Source of the DNA: Vicugna vicugna | Lineage: Eukaryota | Direction: 5' to 3' | Assembly (NCBI GenBank): GCA_013265495.1 | Contig: MU062417.1 | Location: 7,683,191-7,747,190, forward strand | DNA: 64,000 nt | In this document: positions 1-13,419 of the stretch, piece after piece | How the letters are laid out: each line of letters opens with the position of its first letter | How positions within the stretch are numbered: the stretch's first letter is position 1 | The notes under the pieces: generated by a model | Told to the model about the DNA's origin: nothing | Database searches by the model: none | The model's input: the letters and a program-made list of their open reading frames with translations, nothing else | Program-made: the position numbers and the translations under genes

Positions 1-149
1 GACCTACTGCCATTTTGTTTGGTGTTTTCTGGCTGTTTAGTAGTCCCTCTGTTCCTTTCTTCCTCTCTTCATTTGTCATTTGATGGCTCCCCCTGGTGAT
101 GTGCTTGATTCATTTCTCTGTTTTTGTTTTTTTGGGAAAGATTTTACTT

Positions 150-306
150 TATTTTACTTAATTTTTTTACATTTTTCTATTGAGTTATAGTCATTTTACA
201 ATGTTGTGTCAAACTCCAGTGTAGAGCACAATTTTTCAGTTATACATGAACATACATATATTCATTGTCACATTTTTTTTTTTGCTGTGAGCTACCACAA
301 GATCTT
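150..306 (-). mobile_element. Young camelid-type L1 3' tail inserted in the older L1
   Basis: Reverse complement reads agatcttgtggtagctcacagc...tgtgacaatgaatatatgtatgttcatgtataactgaaaaattgtgctctacactgg...aataga plus an A-rich tail, which I recall as the alpaca/camel L1 3' end. Confidence 0.8.
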
Positions 307-1037
307 ACTAGGTCAACATTTCTCTGTATTTTTTATGTATCTATGATACACTTTTGCTTTGCAGTTACAGTGGAGCTTACATAGAACATCTTATAGTTAT
401 AATAGCGTATTTTACTGATAACAGCTTAACTTTGAACAATACAAAACTCTACATTTTTACAGCCTCCCATTTTGTGTTTCTGATGTCACAATTTATATCT
501 TTTATGCTGTGTGTCTATTAACAAGTTACTGTGGTTATGTTACTTTTAATGCTTTGTCTGTTAATCCTTATACTGGAGTTTTAGGTGATCTACCAACCAC
601 CATGAACTTATTAGAGAATTCTAAATTTAACTATATATTTACCTTTGCCAGTGAGTTTTATACAATCATACGTTTTCATGTTACTAAATAGCAGCCTTTC
701 ATTTCAGCTTGAAAGACTTCTTTTAACATTTCTTGCAGAGATAAAGAGTTTCTGAGATAAATAAAAGCAGAAAATGGTGATGACTCTTTCTGCTTTTGTT
801 TATCTGGGAAACTCTTTATCTTTCCTTCAATTCTGAAAGGCAACTCTGCTGGTAGATTTTTTGTTTTTTTTTTTGGTTGATTTTTTTTTTTTTTCCTTTA
901 AGCACCTTGAATATAACATCCCATCCACTTCTGTACTGCAAAGTTTCTACTGAAAATTTCATTGCTAGGTTATATTGGTATCCTTGTCCTTAACAAATTA
1001 TTTTTCTCTTGCTGCTTTTAATATTCTCTTATTGTCT

Positions 1038-1420
1038 TTAACTTGACAGTTTGACTATAATGTGTCTCTTTATGGTTAATGGCGCTGATGGATTCATCTT
1101 ATTTGATCTTCTTTGGACTTCCTGCTTCTGGATGTCTGTTTCTTCTCCCAAGTTGGAGTCATTTTCTGCCATTATTTCTTTGAATAGGCTTTCTGCTCCT
1201 CTCTGTCTTTTCCTTCTGGGATCCCTATAATGCATGTTTTGATCCTCTTTTTGATGTCCCATAAGTTCCTTAAATGGTCTTCCCTCTTTTTCATTCTTTT
1301 CCCCTTTTGTTCCTCTGATTGGATGTATTCCACTTGTCTATTTTCAAGTTTGCTGATCATTTCTTCTGCTCGATCTAGTCTGCTGTTGAAGCCTTCTATG
1401 GAAAAAATTTTTTGGCTCAA
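1038..1420 (-). pseudogene. Frameshifted L1 ORF1p remnant (not a host gene)
   Basis: Coiled-coil/RRM-region L1 ORF1p motifs are split over two reading frames. Confidence 0.85.
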
Positions 1421-2929
1421 TTATTGTATTCGTCAGCTTTCTTATTTCTGTAAAATATTTCCTATCTCTTTGTTTAAGTTCTCACTTTGTTTGTGCCTTG
1501 CTACCTTGCTGGCCTAAACTGGTGAGCACTTTTATGACCATTATTTTGAACTCTCTGTTGGGTAAATCACTTATCAGCGTTTCATTAAGGTTGCTTTTAA
1601 AGATTTAGCTTATTCTCTTATTTGGAACATATTCTCTCTTTCTTCATTTTGCTTGACTCTCTGTGTCAATTTCTGCACATTTGATAAAAATAGTCACCTA
1701 TCCCAGTATTGAGAGACTGGTCTCGTGTGGGAGATGAACCTCCTCACTCAGCCTGACTGAAGCACTTTGTGATTGTCCAAGCTGCTTTCTTTGTTCTTAG
1801 TGTCTCCCAGTAGCTGAGGGGGTGCCTAGACCCATCAGTATCCCAAAGGCACGGGAAGTGCTCAAATGTCTGTTTAGGCTCCTGGAGGACTACTAATTGT
1901 CTGCCCCTTCACCTCCCTAATTGGAGGCCCAGGTTTCGGGCTGCAGCTGGGAAAGTCAGAATGTTAGATTTGTAGTCTAGTCTGTATCAGGAACAAAGCA
2001 GGAGTTGGGTTTTTCTGCTTACTCATTCTGCGCTGAGCTAGATTGAAGAGTCATTGGGAGTGCTTGTGCACCCAACTAGAACTGTTTCTTTGTTTTATGT
2101 GGTCCTGGGGGACTCATGATTGCCAAGGCTTGTCAGCTCCCAGAGCTAGATGATTTGGGAACCTGTCCCTTGGGTGGCAGCTGTAACAGTTGGGGTGCTA
2201 GATATGTTGACAGGTTCCTTCCAGGAGGAAGCTAGAGGCTTTGTTTTACTGTTGGAGCTGAGCAGAGACAGCAGGGGACTTGACTACCAGTTTTATCAGG
2301 CTCCTGGAGGGTCCTAATAACTTCTACATGTAGGCTTATTAGGAGATGCAGCCTCAGGCTGCAGCTGGGAAATCGTGTAGTCAGTTCCCTTCTGGGGAGA
2401 AACTGGGGATGGGTGTTTTCACTTGCTCTGTCTGTGTTGAACCTGGGGAGGATAGCTGCAGGAAGTACACCTATTTGAAAACTGCTTTTTGTTTGTTTGT
2501 TTCATTTACTGTGGTCTTTGGGGCTCATGAATGCTAAGCTCTGTTGGCTTTCAAAGATAAGCAAGGGACCATCGCTCAGGTAGCAGCCGTAAAAGTTGGG
2601 GCACTAGTCGTGTGGACAAGCCTCTTCCAGGGAGATGCTGGTGACGTGGTTTGTTGTTGGAATGAGCTTGTGGGAGGATGTCGGAGAAGTGCCCATAGGC
2701 TCTTTTGGGCTTTAGGGAGGATCATAGTCATAACCTAGATTAGAGGCTCTTAAGGAGCTGAACCTTCAGGCAGCAGGTGGGAAAGTATGCAGTCAAACCC
2801 CTTCCCAGGTTGCTTGCTTCCTCTGTGCTGAGCTCACATGTAGAGCTATGGGCGTGGGGGTTCTCTTGCGCCTATTTGAAGACTACCTTTTTGTTTGTAT
2901 GTTTTCAAAGTGAAGGGAACAGTTGTCCA

Positions 2930-3640
2930 TAAACCCTGAAGAAAGAGGAGTCATGGTTTTTGGGGAACTACGCATGGTACAATATGTTTAAGGCATAGAG
3001 TGAAAGGTGGAGAGCGGTGATGTTTGAGGCAGGGAGGGAAATCAGAGTCTGAATTGTTAAGGGACTTTATCCAGAGAACAAGAGAAGGAATTTGAAGTAG
3101 AGTGGGCAGATTCGATTTGCTTTTTAGGGGATTTGACTGGTTATACTGCGAAGGCTGAACTGGAGGTTGTCAGAGTGAAGGAAGGGAAACCAATTAGCAG
3201 ATAGGGCAAGAGATGATGGTGGCTTGAACCCAGTGGCAATAGAAATAGGATAAATTAGAGAAATATCAAAGAGGGAGAATTGACAAGACCTGGGATTTCT
3301 TGGGTGTGGGGTAAGGGGAAGATGACTCAAAGGTGACTCCTAGTTTTTTGCTTTGGACAGGTAAGTGTATTAATATGTCATTCGCTGAGCTACAGAGCAC
3401 AGGGAGTTTGGAAGCCAAAGAGGAGATGTGTTTAGTTTTACATATGTTGACTATGAAGTGCCCATTGGTTATCCAAATGGGATGTAGAAGTGTGTACATA
3501 AAAGCAAGAGATCTGAACTTAAATATACATTCAGCACTTATCAGTGGACAGATAATAACTGAGGTCCTGGAGATATGTGGAGTTGAAAGAGAAGAGGCTG
3601 AATAAGAAAGCAAAGTTGGAGAAGGAGGCACTTAATGTGT
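2930..3640 (-). mobile_element. L2 LINE fragment
   Basis: Purine-rich antisense L2 motifs (gatgatggtggcttgaacc). Minus ORF 3266-3631 contains PVQSKKLGVTFESS, similar to L2 ORF2 PVAQARNLGVILDSS. Confidence 0.8.
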
Positions 3641-6034
3641 GAAACGGAACTCCTGATCTTACCCTGTCTAAAACTTTGCTCCTTCTGCCTACATCTATAG
3701 TTAAGATTTTAAATTCTTTAATAAAGCAAAGATAGCCATGTCCTAAAATAGAGACTTCTGAGAGACGAGGAGCCCATTACTGTGGATACAAATTAATTTT
3801 TAAGGCATGATAAGGTAATATCATAGATATTTAGAAATGATGATATGAACTCCAATCTACTAAAATAATGCTTAGGATCACCTTGGACAAAATAAAGTAA
3901 TCTTGCTGAACATAGCAAGAAAATTAGAGTTACAATTATATATACAATATTAGGATGTAAAATAACAATAAAAGCATGCAAATAAATAATCACTACTCTT
4001 CAGATTTCAAACCCTAGAAGTAGGTTAGTAACTCCTCTCTCCCAGGTATTATAAAATGTAATTACTTGAGCTTTGTAATTACCTAAAGTCTGAGCTTAAA
4101 TCAGCCATGCTACAGAAGGATCTTATATAATCATATCACACAACAAACACACATCTCAATCTATTTGTCCTCATTTGAGCAAGAATAACTGAGCATCAGG
4201 GAAAGTCAATCAATAAACCAAAAACACACTGAAGATATAATGATACATGCATGACTAATCCAAAGAAGGGAAACAAACATCTAACAGAATTCTATCATTC
4301 TATTGGGAGATGGGCAATATTTCACTTTCTATCTTGCTAAGGTATTAATTAAGGTGTTAATTTCCTGCCTCAGTAGGATTGGCTCTAATGCCAGGTGGTT
4401 CCAAGGATTTTCAAATATGAGAATATAAAAATGCATCATGTACTAAATCATCACAGGTGGAGATCTCCTTTAAATTAAAGGCAACTTTAGAACCACAAGG
4501 ATTAATATTAGAAAGATGGCAAATGTTTGGAAAAAAGGGACTGTTTCAGAAATATCAACACCATGGACTTCTCCCAGATCAGTTGTATGCTTTATTGTGC
4601 ACCATGGCTATTAGTGAATCCTTCTCTGACATTTTCTAGAGTGCTGACTGAGGTGGCCTTGTCTCAGCAGGGCCATGGGGCTCACTTCAGGACTTGGGCA
4701 AAACCCCAGTGATTTGAAATGTCCCGCATCACCTGCCTTTGTCTTCAACATCGTGGAGCCATGCAGAGTCTGAGAGTCTCCTTTAGTTCCACATTTCTTT
4801 ACGTATTCTTTTTTCAGAAGGCACTTGTGTTTCTACAGCCATACTTGTCCACCCTTTTTTTTTCACTCCTCCCAAAAAATCAAGAAGAGGAAATATGTTA
4901 TCTCCTCTCAGTCAAGCCCTCTAGGTAACAAGCCCTCTCCTCCCATTTCAAGGAGCCCGTATGAGCAGAAATGAAAGACAATCTCTGTCTTTTTTGGTTG
5001 CACAGGAGGGGAAGTTTTTACACCAGAGGAGATGAAATAAAAGATGTCACCATTCCGTGGACCAATGTCTCGGTTAAGCGGCTCTGTTCTCAGCACTTTG
5101 TGAGTGCTAGGGTCACCTCACCCCCACAGCTACCAGAATATGAACTATATGGCCTTGAAAATGCCTAATGGTGCTACCTGTCCATTTTAAGTTTGAAACT
5201 ATATCACTCTTACAGTCTAGCTTTGGTCTGCAGTGTTGGGTACTGAAAGGGCAGAAACTGAGCTGTTCTCACAGCTTGCGGTGAGAATTGAACTGCTCAA
5301 GGCAGAAGATCATTGTTATAGATGTGGGGGTGGGAATCTCCAGTTGAATGGACACTTTACAGCTTTGTTTAGATTGGTTTATGTTCTTCCGGCTGAGCAT
5401 TAGTGTCTTGAGAAGGGTTATGGAGTTATGATCAGTGCTTGCCTCTCATCTTCAGTATCCTGAAGTATCGTGTTTAAACTAGGATGTGCTGTTGGGGAGA
5501 AGAACTCAGAACAAGACGGTTTGAAATGGGAGTGCCATCAAATAGTTTACCAGTGTGAAGTGATCGGCCCCAAGGCAGCTAAAGTTTTATCTGAGGTTTC
5601 AGATACATCTCAGAATGACTGCAGAAAGAGAAATCTCAGCTGTGCTGTCAGGATGGATTCAGAGACCTGCTGAAAGATTGTGTACATTAGCAAGATGAAG
5701 TTCATATGACAAGTTAGATCGTTTGTAGGAACAGAGGAGCAAAGAGCTTTGCTAGGTCAATGGGAAACTCATGTGTTTCTGTTGCATATACTCTGTGGCA
5801 GATACAGAGCCGCTATGTCTGTCTGTGCCTCTATTTTCTCAAATCCAGAACATTGGTGATGGAGCTAATTGATCTCTAAAGTCCCTTTCCATTCAGTCTG
5901 TGGTTCTGAGAGCTCGGAATTCTCAGTTACAGCACTGTTTTCTTGGCCCATGACTGCGTGCTCTCATCTTGGATTTCTTGGAGGTATATCTGAGAATTTA
6001 GAGCAGTACCACCTGAGGACTGTTTGACATGTGC

Positions 6035-6220
6035 TTATTCATTTATTTTCATTCACTGCAGATAGTCATCCAGCACCTGTTATGTGATGGACACTGTTGT
6101 AAGCCGCTGGTGTTACACTTGATGAGAAAAAGATACTTTCTGTCATCAAGGAGGTTTTAGGGAAGCACGGTCAAACAAGCTGCAATTCCAGCAGAGCTGA
6201 GGAGCGATGTCTGTATGACA
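6035..6220 (-). mobile_element. L2 3' end
   Basis: ttattcatttattttcattcac...agcacctgttatgtgatggacactg is the antisense L2 terminus. Confidence 0.65.
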
Positions 6221-6226
6221 CTGTAG

Positions 6227-6438
6227 CAGTGGTTCTCAGTGGAAATGACTTTGCTCCCTAAGGAATATTTGGCAATATCTGGAGACATTTTTGGTTGTTA
6301 AAACTTGGTGGGTTGGGGGGCGCTACTGGTTTCTACTGGGTAGAGGCCATGGATGCTGCTGAACATTGTACAATGTGTGGGACAGCCCCACGGCTAGATT
6401 ATCCAGCCCAGAATGTCAGTAGTACTGAGATTGAGGAA
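6227..6438 (+). mobile_element. MER20 (hAT-Charlie) DNA transposon
   Basis: cagtggttctca...ggcaatatctggagacatttttggttgt...gtagaggccatggatgctgctgaaca...aatgtcagtagtactgagattgag matches the MER20 consensus. Confidence 0.9.
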
Positions 6439-6539
6439 GAACGAAAAGATGAAGCCAGCCTAAATAAAACCACAGGTCCCTGGGGGATCATCAAGGTTTC
6501 AACGTAACTCTGTGTGAGGATAGAGGGAAGGTGGCAAAA

Positions 6540-7200
6540 GGCCTCCCAATGATTTGATGTTTCAGTTGAGTCACGAAGGATGAGTAGATGTTGACCAGCT
6601 GGGCTGGTGAGAACGGAACGCATAGAAAAGCTTTCCAGGGAGAGGAACCATGCAGACTTGGAGGATGACTGATCCTGGCCTCATGACCGACTGGCAGGTG
6701 TTTTGATCGGCCCAGAGCATCTGGAGGATCTATATGGGCAGAGACGGTAAAAGGGCAAAGTGATGAGTGAAAGTTCTTGGATAAATTGCTGAAAAGGTTA
6801 GATTTCTTCTTGCAGGTGTTTGGCCCCAGGAATATTTTAAGTAAGACGATTTTAAGTAAGTGATTTGATCAAATCTCTGTCTTCTAATAGTCAGTCTCTG
6901 GGGAAAGGTGGGACTAAAGGGTGATGAGACTTCTGTATGTAGCCCAGGTGTGAACCTCTGATGGCCTGAGTGGGCAGTGACCATGTCAATGGAGACACAG
7001 TCACAGATTCAAGATCTTCAGAATCCAGGTTGTCAGGAGAGGTAGCCAGTTACCTGTGGATGTTTTAGAACAAAGTCTATTAGAGGATGACTGTCAGGTT
7101 CCAGCTCTACCAGAGGAATAGTGGTGGCTTTTCCCAAGGTAAAGAATGCAAAAGGAAGAGTGGCTTTGGGTGAAAGAGGGTAGGGGAGGAGATGGAAGTC
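6540..7200 (-). mobile_element. Degraded L2 fragment(s)
   Basis: gaaggatgagtagatgttgaccag...ctttccagggagaggaaccatgc and ggatgactgtcaggttcc-type antisense L2 motifs. Confidence 0.55.
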
Positions 7201-7322
7201 CTACCTTGTTGGTGGAAAATATGAAGCCAGCTTAATTAAAACCATCGGTCCCTGGGGCTTTCAAACGTGGCTTTGAGGGGAACACATGGAATGATTTCCT
7301 GAAAAATAACCTGACTTGTTGG

Positions 7323-7469
7323 NNNNNNNNNNNNNNNNNNNNNNNNNNNNNNNNNNNNNNNNNNNNNNNNNNNNNNNNNNNNNNNNNNNNNNNNNNNNNN
7401 NNNNNNNNNNNNNNNNNNNNNNNNNNNNNNNNNNNNNNNNNNNNNNNNNNNNNNNNNNNNNNNNNNNNN
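7323..7469. other. Assembly gap (N run)
   Basis: Run of N. Confidence 1.
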
Positions 7470-8062
7470 TCAGGCTGCCTTATCTTGATTGCTGCTCACT
7501 CTTTGTCCTCCAACAGACAGTGATGGCGATTATGAGTGGAGGAGGCTCTGCCATCACGTGGCTCTGTCCTCCCCCGATTGGTTACTACAGTTGGGATGAA
7601 GGCTTGGACTTTGGTTGGGCTGATCAGTTTGGAGTACTCTTCTCTCAGTGCTCTGCAAGTTTCCTGGCCACCTAAACTTGCCAGAGACTTGAGTCTTTCT
7701 GAGATTGCTTCTGTTTTTTCTTACCACAAGCATTTTTTTTTTTTTAGGTATAAAGCTATCCACCAGGAAATTGGTTTGTTCATAGTTTCTAAGATTAGAA
7801 TTTATGAGCTTCACTGTACTCTTTGGTGTTTCCTGCATAACTTGGGTGCCATCTTGAGTTTGTCCTCTTTTGGTTTCCAGGAACTGGGTGGGATTTTATA
7901 GTTGGTGCAGGAAGGTTTATTTCACCTCACTTTTTAAAACAGCACCCTATGTAATAGCACTAAGAGATGGGCTTTTACTCTTGCCTGAAAAATTCTAATA
8001 AAGCAAGTGAATTATTCAGCACCTCTACTTCAGTATAATTATGTCACTGTTATTTAAGGCAG

Positions 8063-8175
8063 CTCATTTAATTTTCAGCCCCCCCCAAATAGTCATTGTC
8101 CCTTTTATAGATGAGGAAACTGAGACTCAGAAACATTAATGGCACTAGTAAGTGGTTGAGCATAACCCTTCCTCT
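8063..8175 (-). mobile_element. MIR SINE
   Basis: Core ttttatagatgaggaaactgagactcaga. Confidence 0.85.
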
Positions 8176-9524
8176 TAGCTCCACCTGGTTCAATGTTCTC
8201 TTTCTTTTTATTGCCACTTGACCTATTAGCACCCTCTGTCCTGGGACAACACAGATGGTGGATGTGTGATTTTGGTGCAGAGTCTCCCTGCATAGAAGGC
8301 AGTGTTCTCCCATCCTAAGTGACATTCTGTACCTCTCTCAGTTTGAAAGTTGCTCTGTTTTGAAGTGTGGTTGTGTCTGTGCATGTCACCCCCTACTAGA
8401 CTGATAGTTCAAATATACAGAATTGTTGCTAGGGCTGTTTCTTCTGTCTGTGGTTTTGTTCATGCTTGTGCAGTCTTGTTTTCCTGTATGAATGATAATT
8501 ATATAACTGCTTGCTGCTTCTTATTCTTGAACAGTTATTTGTGAGAGGAGAGAGGCTTTGTTTTGTTCCTGCCAGGTACTCGTAGGAGCCTCCGGATTCA
8601 ACTGCTGTGGACCAGGCTCAGGGGTGGGGCGGCTCTGCATCCGCATCCTGCGGGTTTGACACCCAGCATCCCCAGCATCGTTGTGTGCTTCCCCAAGGCC
8701 ACTGGGCAGCCACTGGAGAGGTCTTCCTTTCCTTTGCCTTCTGCTTTTCCTCTCCCCTTCAGGCCCACCCCCAGGACAGTCCTCTCTGAATCTCCATTGG
8801 TTAGGGGAAGAATAGGAACTGTTTAGGTCTAGTTCACCCTTAACTTGACAGAGCACCATCTGGGGCCCCAGCTGTATATGAGGAGGGTCACCCCAAAGCC
8901 TCCTTGAGCTCTACACCTCTACTTTGCCACCCTCCACTTCCTGTGGCCAACACTACCCACTGACGCACAAAGTTTGTGGCACCAGGAACTCCCCTCTGGG
9001 CAAATATAGCACTGGCATCCTGACCTTCACCTTATCTCTCTGCTTACCTTCTGTCTTCCAAAAACTGTTTTTCAGATCTTTGGTGGTTTTGTGTATTCAT
9101 TTATTGGAATAGTTTTTATCCAGCACTTTATCTTAGGTATCTGAAAATAAGTTAGAGAAATTTGAGTACTACTAACAATAGCAAGAATTATGTTGATAAA
9201 ACCAGAGGAATAAAGAAAAGAGCGGCTTTGCATTTTAAATTATACTAGACGCTTATAAAGAATGAATTTGAGTGTAAAGGTACGTCATTGGGAGGAAGGA
9301 AAATGGGCTTAAGTTATTGGAAATCAACTGAGACCAGCGGTTTTTCCAAATCCTGGGATGTCATCAAGAGTACCAACTCAGTAGGACCCATCAAAGGCCA
9401 TACTAATAAAATAAAGGGGCCAAGGCTTGGACAGAAAGCATAAGAGACAAACAGTCTTACTGGGGAGCACTAAAGGCAAATAATTTCTCTAGGAAAAGAT
9501 TAGATTCCAGACAACCCAATGTCT

Positions 9525-9770
9525 ACAATAATAACACAACTTTTATTTGCATTACATTGTGTTCTTTGCCAAGTACTTTCAAGTACTGTATTCTTTGTTT
9601 CATTTAATTCTGACAGTGGCCTTATGAGGAAGGTTACCATTATCAGCATTTTACAGGAAATGTCACAGAAGGTTGGCCATTTGCCCAAGAGCGCATAGTA
9701 AGTGGCAGAGCTTTGATAAGAGAGCCCTGGTCTTCTGACAGGAAGTTCAATATCCTCCCCTATATTCCAT
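9525..9770 (-). mobile_element. MIR SINE
   Basis: catttaattctgacagtggccttatgagg...cattttacagga...ttgcccaagagcgcatagtaagtggcagagc. Confidence 0.8.
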
Positions 9771-9969
9771 CCGTACCCTGGAGGAAAGTGATTCCTTGCG
9801 TCCTGAACTGTCGGTTGAGTGTGATGTTATTGATGAGTTCATACTGCAGAAGGGACACAGAATACAATTAAGGACAGGATTCTGTTATTTGGGGATGGTA
9901 GTCTCTGTAACTCAAGGGATTCTTGTAGGTTATGAGAGTTTAATAGGAAAGTTATCGTAAAGCACAGTT

Positions 9970-10280
9970 CTGATTTCAGAGCTTCTCTGCTCTGAAAACT
10001 TACCAAGCTGTGGCTGAGGCTTTCTCCTCTCTGGCTGATGCCCACCATTCCAGCCGTTTCTTTTCTTATCGTATCTCTGGGTCACACAACCATACCAGAC
10101 TCCTGGTCAGTCTTTGCCTTTCCTTATCTCCATCATGTTACTGATGTGGTTCATTCTTTTAGGAATGCCCTTTTCCTCTATTTCCACCTGTACAATCCTG
10201 CCTGGCCATCAATTTCTGATTCATATGATGCTTTTCCCATATGGCCTCCATCTCCTCCTGCCCACCAACTGCCTGTCCAT
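9970..10280 (+). mobile_element. L2 fragment (sense)
   Basis: Pyrimidine-rich L2 3' region motifs (ccataccagactcc...ttaggaatgcccttttcctc). Confidence 0.55.
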
Positions 10281-10484
10281 TCTGTGGATTCCCGCTGCAT
10301 TTTGTTGGCATCTTTGTAGCTCAGTTTGCAAATTTAAATATGTGCATGAACCAACCTGGTACTCTAAATAAAGGAGGCTGTTGAGTATTAAAAAAATGGG
10401 AACGAAAAAGACCATGGCAAGCCCCTGAGTTCTTCATCTAATAGGTAGCTGCTGCTTAGTTCTGGGCATGAAATGAGCCCAATC

Positions 10485-10525
10485 GTGTGTGTGTGTGTGT
10501 GTGTGTTTGTGTGCGCTTGTGTGTG
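10485..10525. repeat. (GT)n microsatellite, 11 perfect units plus degenerate tail
   Basis: Read directly. Confidence 0.95.
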
Positions 10526-11400
10526 AAATTACTTGGTTTTAACAATATTGGCAAATAAATAGCTCAAATATTTTTGAAAAACTGAGTGGGTTAAACAAAA
10601 ATCTGCCTGTTTGGCTAATGGTCCTGGTTTATGATTTTACTCTCATAGACTTTGGGGACAAATAAATGATATAGATCAGGATATAACATCTCTATTATTA
10701 ATTATAAATACACTGAGTGTGAGAACTACATGTGATCATCTCTCCAACTGTATAGTGCCTTTTCTGGAATAGGTGCTTTGTATGTTTCTGTTGAATTGCA
10801 GGTAACTTTTGGAGGGTGAAGACTGGGGAAAATGAGCTGGCTGGGTTGAGAGTGCTATTTTAGGCAAGACAAGTGGAGACCACTTTTTGTAAACTGTTTC
10901 ATTGGGATGTTTTATTAATCACTGCTGCTGGTGAATTTAAATATTTTAATGATGGGTATATTTTACTCTTTGCATGCCCTGGGGCTTTTTTTTTTTTTTT
11001 TAAAGAAATGACAGTTTAAAAAAATGAAAAAGAGTCTCTGTTCAATCAGCACTCAAACTGCCTGGTGACACACAGGCGCCTACTCCACTCTGAATCTGGG
11101 TCAGTGTGGCATTTGGTGACTGGAAAACTTCTAAATTGCCTTCCCTAGCAGGTTTTAACGATGCTGAAATCAGGCTCCTTAAGTAATTTTATTTTTCATT
11201 TTAGAACCCTGAAAATTGTCATCCCATGAAACAAGTCTCTCTTTGGAGTGTGAATCTCCATACTTCTAACAAAGCTTGGAGGAAAGGAGGAGAAAGAAAA
11301 AAAAAACACTTATCACCACCTCATTAAATCTTGCCTTTTTAACTATTAAAATATCTTTCCTAGATTATAGATTGTGTAACTTTGGGGAGTCTACTGAATA

Positions 11401-12018
11401 CAAGCCTACTGCATTTTATTGAGCTTTTCAGATATTGATTGCATTTTTTTCACAAATTGAAGGTCTGTGGCAACCCTGCATTGGGCAAGTCTATCAGCAC
11501 CATTTTCCCAACAGTGTTTGGTCACTTCGTGTCTCTGTGTTGCATATTGGTTATTCTTACATTTCAAACCTTCCTCACCAAAAAAAATTACAACTTACTG
11601 AAGGCTCAGATGATAGCATTTTCTTTTTTAGCAGTAAAGTGTTTTTTTTTTTAATTGAAGTATAGTCGATTTACAATGTTGTGTTAGTTTTCGGTGTACA
11701 GCATAGTGATTCAGTCATATATATATATATTTTTTTCTTTTTCATTATAGGTTATTACAAGCTATTGAATATAGTTCCCTGTGCTCTACAGTAGAACCTT
11801 GTTGTTTATTTTTTTTGTACACAGGAGTTTGAGTATTTTTTAACTAGGGAGTATACATTTTTTTTAGACCTAATGCTATTGCACACGTAATAGGCTGCAG
11901 TATAGTGTAAGCACTACTTTTCTATGCACTGGGAAACCAAAAAATCCAGGTGACTGGCTTTTTTGCGATACTCGCTTTATTGTGGAACTGAACCCATGGT
12001 ATCTCTGAGGTCTACCTG
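11401..12018 (+). mobile_element. Internally deleted Tigger1-type (TcMar) element
   Basis: 5' end caagcc...tttcacaaattgaaggtctgtggcaaccctgc and 3' end aatgctattgcacac...gcactgggaaaccaaaaa...atctctgaggtctacctg; TA precedes the 5' end. Confidence 0.88.
11642..11830 (-). mobile_element. L1 3' tail inserted into Tigger1
   Basis: ttttaattgaagtatagtcgatttacaatgttgtgttagttttcggtgtacagcatagtgattcagt is the antisense L1 terminus; the Tigger sequence resumes after it. Confidence 0.85.
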
Positions 12019-13419
12019 TTGTGAAGTTCAGATCTCAGTAAAGCTATTAAGCATTTATTAAAACAGAAGTTAGGGAAGGTGAATTTATTTACCGAATCTG
12101 AGAAGAATGTGACAGTGGAAGGATGGGCATCTTGGGGGTTTGATTTTAGCTATTTTGTTTTTTGCAGCAAGGGTCCTCGCTCCTGTGCTGGGATGCTAAC
12201 GTAGTCACTCATGAAGAGACGTTGTCTTTTGCTTTGCTGCCTCTCTCTTCCCCACCAGAGCATCTCTCTCACATAGAAGTTAGGGCATGGCTCTTGCTTA
12301 TTCTTTGCTGTTGGTTGGCTCCCACCATGGAGGATTCCAACTTGAGGTCTTTTTCTGCTCCCTTTCCTCCTGCAATTCACATCCAGTGGCCACACTTGTG
12401 ATCTATAACTGTCCCTGCGAATCCTTCCATCTCACGGTTCCTGTTTGTCATTTCCCATCATGACTGCGATCTTGCCTTTTTTCAGTGCCAGGATTTGCCA
12501 ATTTCTCCCGCTCTGAGTTGCTGTCTAATTCTGTAAATCACTGACAGGCAGGGTGTGAAGCCCGAGCCCTGTTACAGAATTGCAATTTTTCATTCCCTCC
12601 CACTCAACCATTCTGAACTGTCGCTTTTCAGCCAGTTCTTAAACATGGAGTTTAAAAAACACGTAAATAGCTTTGTGGCTCACCTGAGGGACTCTTTGAC
12701 CTTTTCTTTCCATTGTTTGCACTCCCCCCACCAACCCCCATCAGTTGGAAATCAACGGTCTACATTTTAAAACAAAACTCATTGCTCTCCTCTAATAAAG
12801 GCGAAACAAGAAGGGAGGATTTCAAAAGACTCCAAAGGGGAGAGTTTGGGAAGGTTATGAATAGGAAGAAAAAACTGTAGACCTGGATGTTTTAAAGAAA
12901 ATAAAGATACTCCCCTGCAGGCGGGTCCCTGACTCCCACCCTCAGCCTCTTGACCATGCAGAAACACACACCCACATTATTCCGTCTTCACGAAAACAAC
13001 ATTTCCCTGAATTCTGACCTTGAGGAGGATAACCGTTGAGCTAATAAAGCCAAGGCCCTGAGAGAGGTCCCAGCTATGTGTTCACATGGTTATAGGCTCT
13101 GTAAGATTTGCAAAAGGAAGCTATTTTAAACTGCAGTTGGCCTTTTTCCAGTCTGACTTTCCCAATGACCCGCTCTCCCCAGTGACCCTCGGGCATTTTA
13201 AGGATCTCCCTTAAGGGAAGTTGAGTTGAGGATATATTTAGTTTGGGCTTAATGAGCTACATTTCTGTGATTTTCTGTCCCTTCCACACATAGTTAAGTT
13301 ACTGCCAGCCTGGCTTCCAGGAATACTCCCACCTTCTGTGCTGCCTCCAGGGCAAACTGGTTAATTAGACGGGTTGTCACTTAAAAGAGAATTTAAGTTA
13401 GTCACTACACAGGAAAATT

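Larger units (their letters stand above)
1..2900 (-). mobile_element. Old L1 (L1M-type) fragment, antisense: ORF1, inter-ORF region and 5' UTR
   Basis: Minus-strand ORFs 1172-1420 (FNSRLDRAEEMISKLENR...LRNLWDIKKRIKTCIIGIPEG) and 1038-1262 (IMAENDSNLGEETDIQKQEVQR...RHIIVKL) match L1 ORF1p across a frameshift. The flanks are typical T-rich antisense L1. Confidence 0.9.

Noticed and set aside
4994-5070. Plus-strand exon-like segment (ttgcacAG...TCG|GTTAAG; RGSFYTRGDEIKDVTIPWTNVS)
   Set aside because: Weak donor, unrecognised peptide, and no supporting neighbouring exons.
7316-7675. ORFs spanning N runs (also 60585-61082)
   Set aside because: Artefacts of translating through assembly gaps.
8521-8859. 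Overlapping ORFs in a GC-rich patch
   Set aside because: No protein similarity recognised; explained by local GC content.
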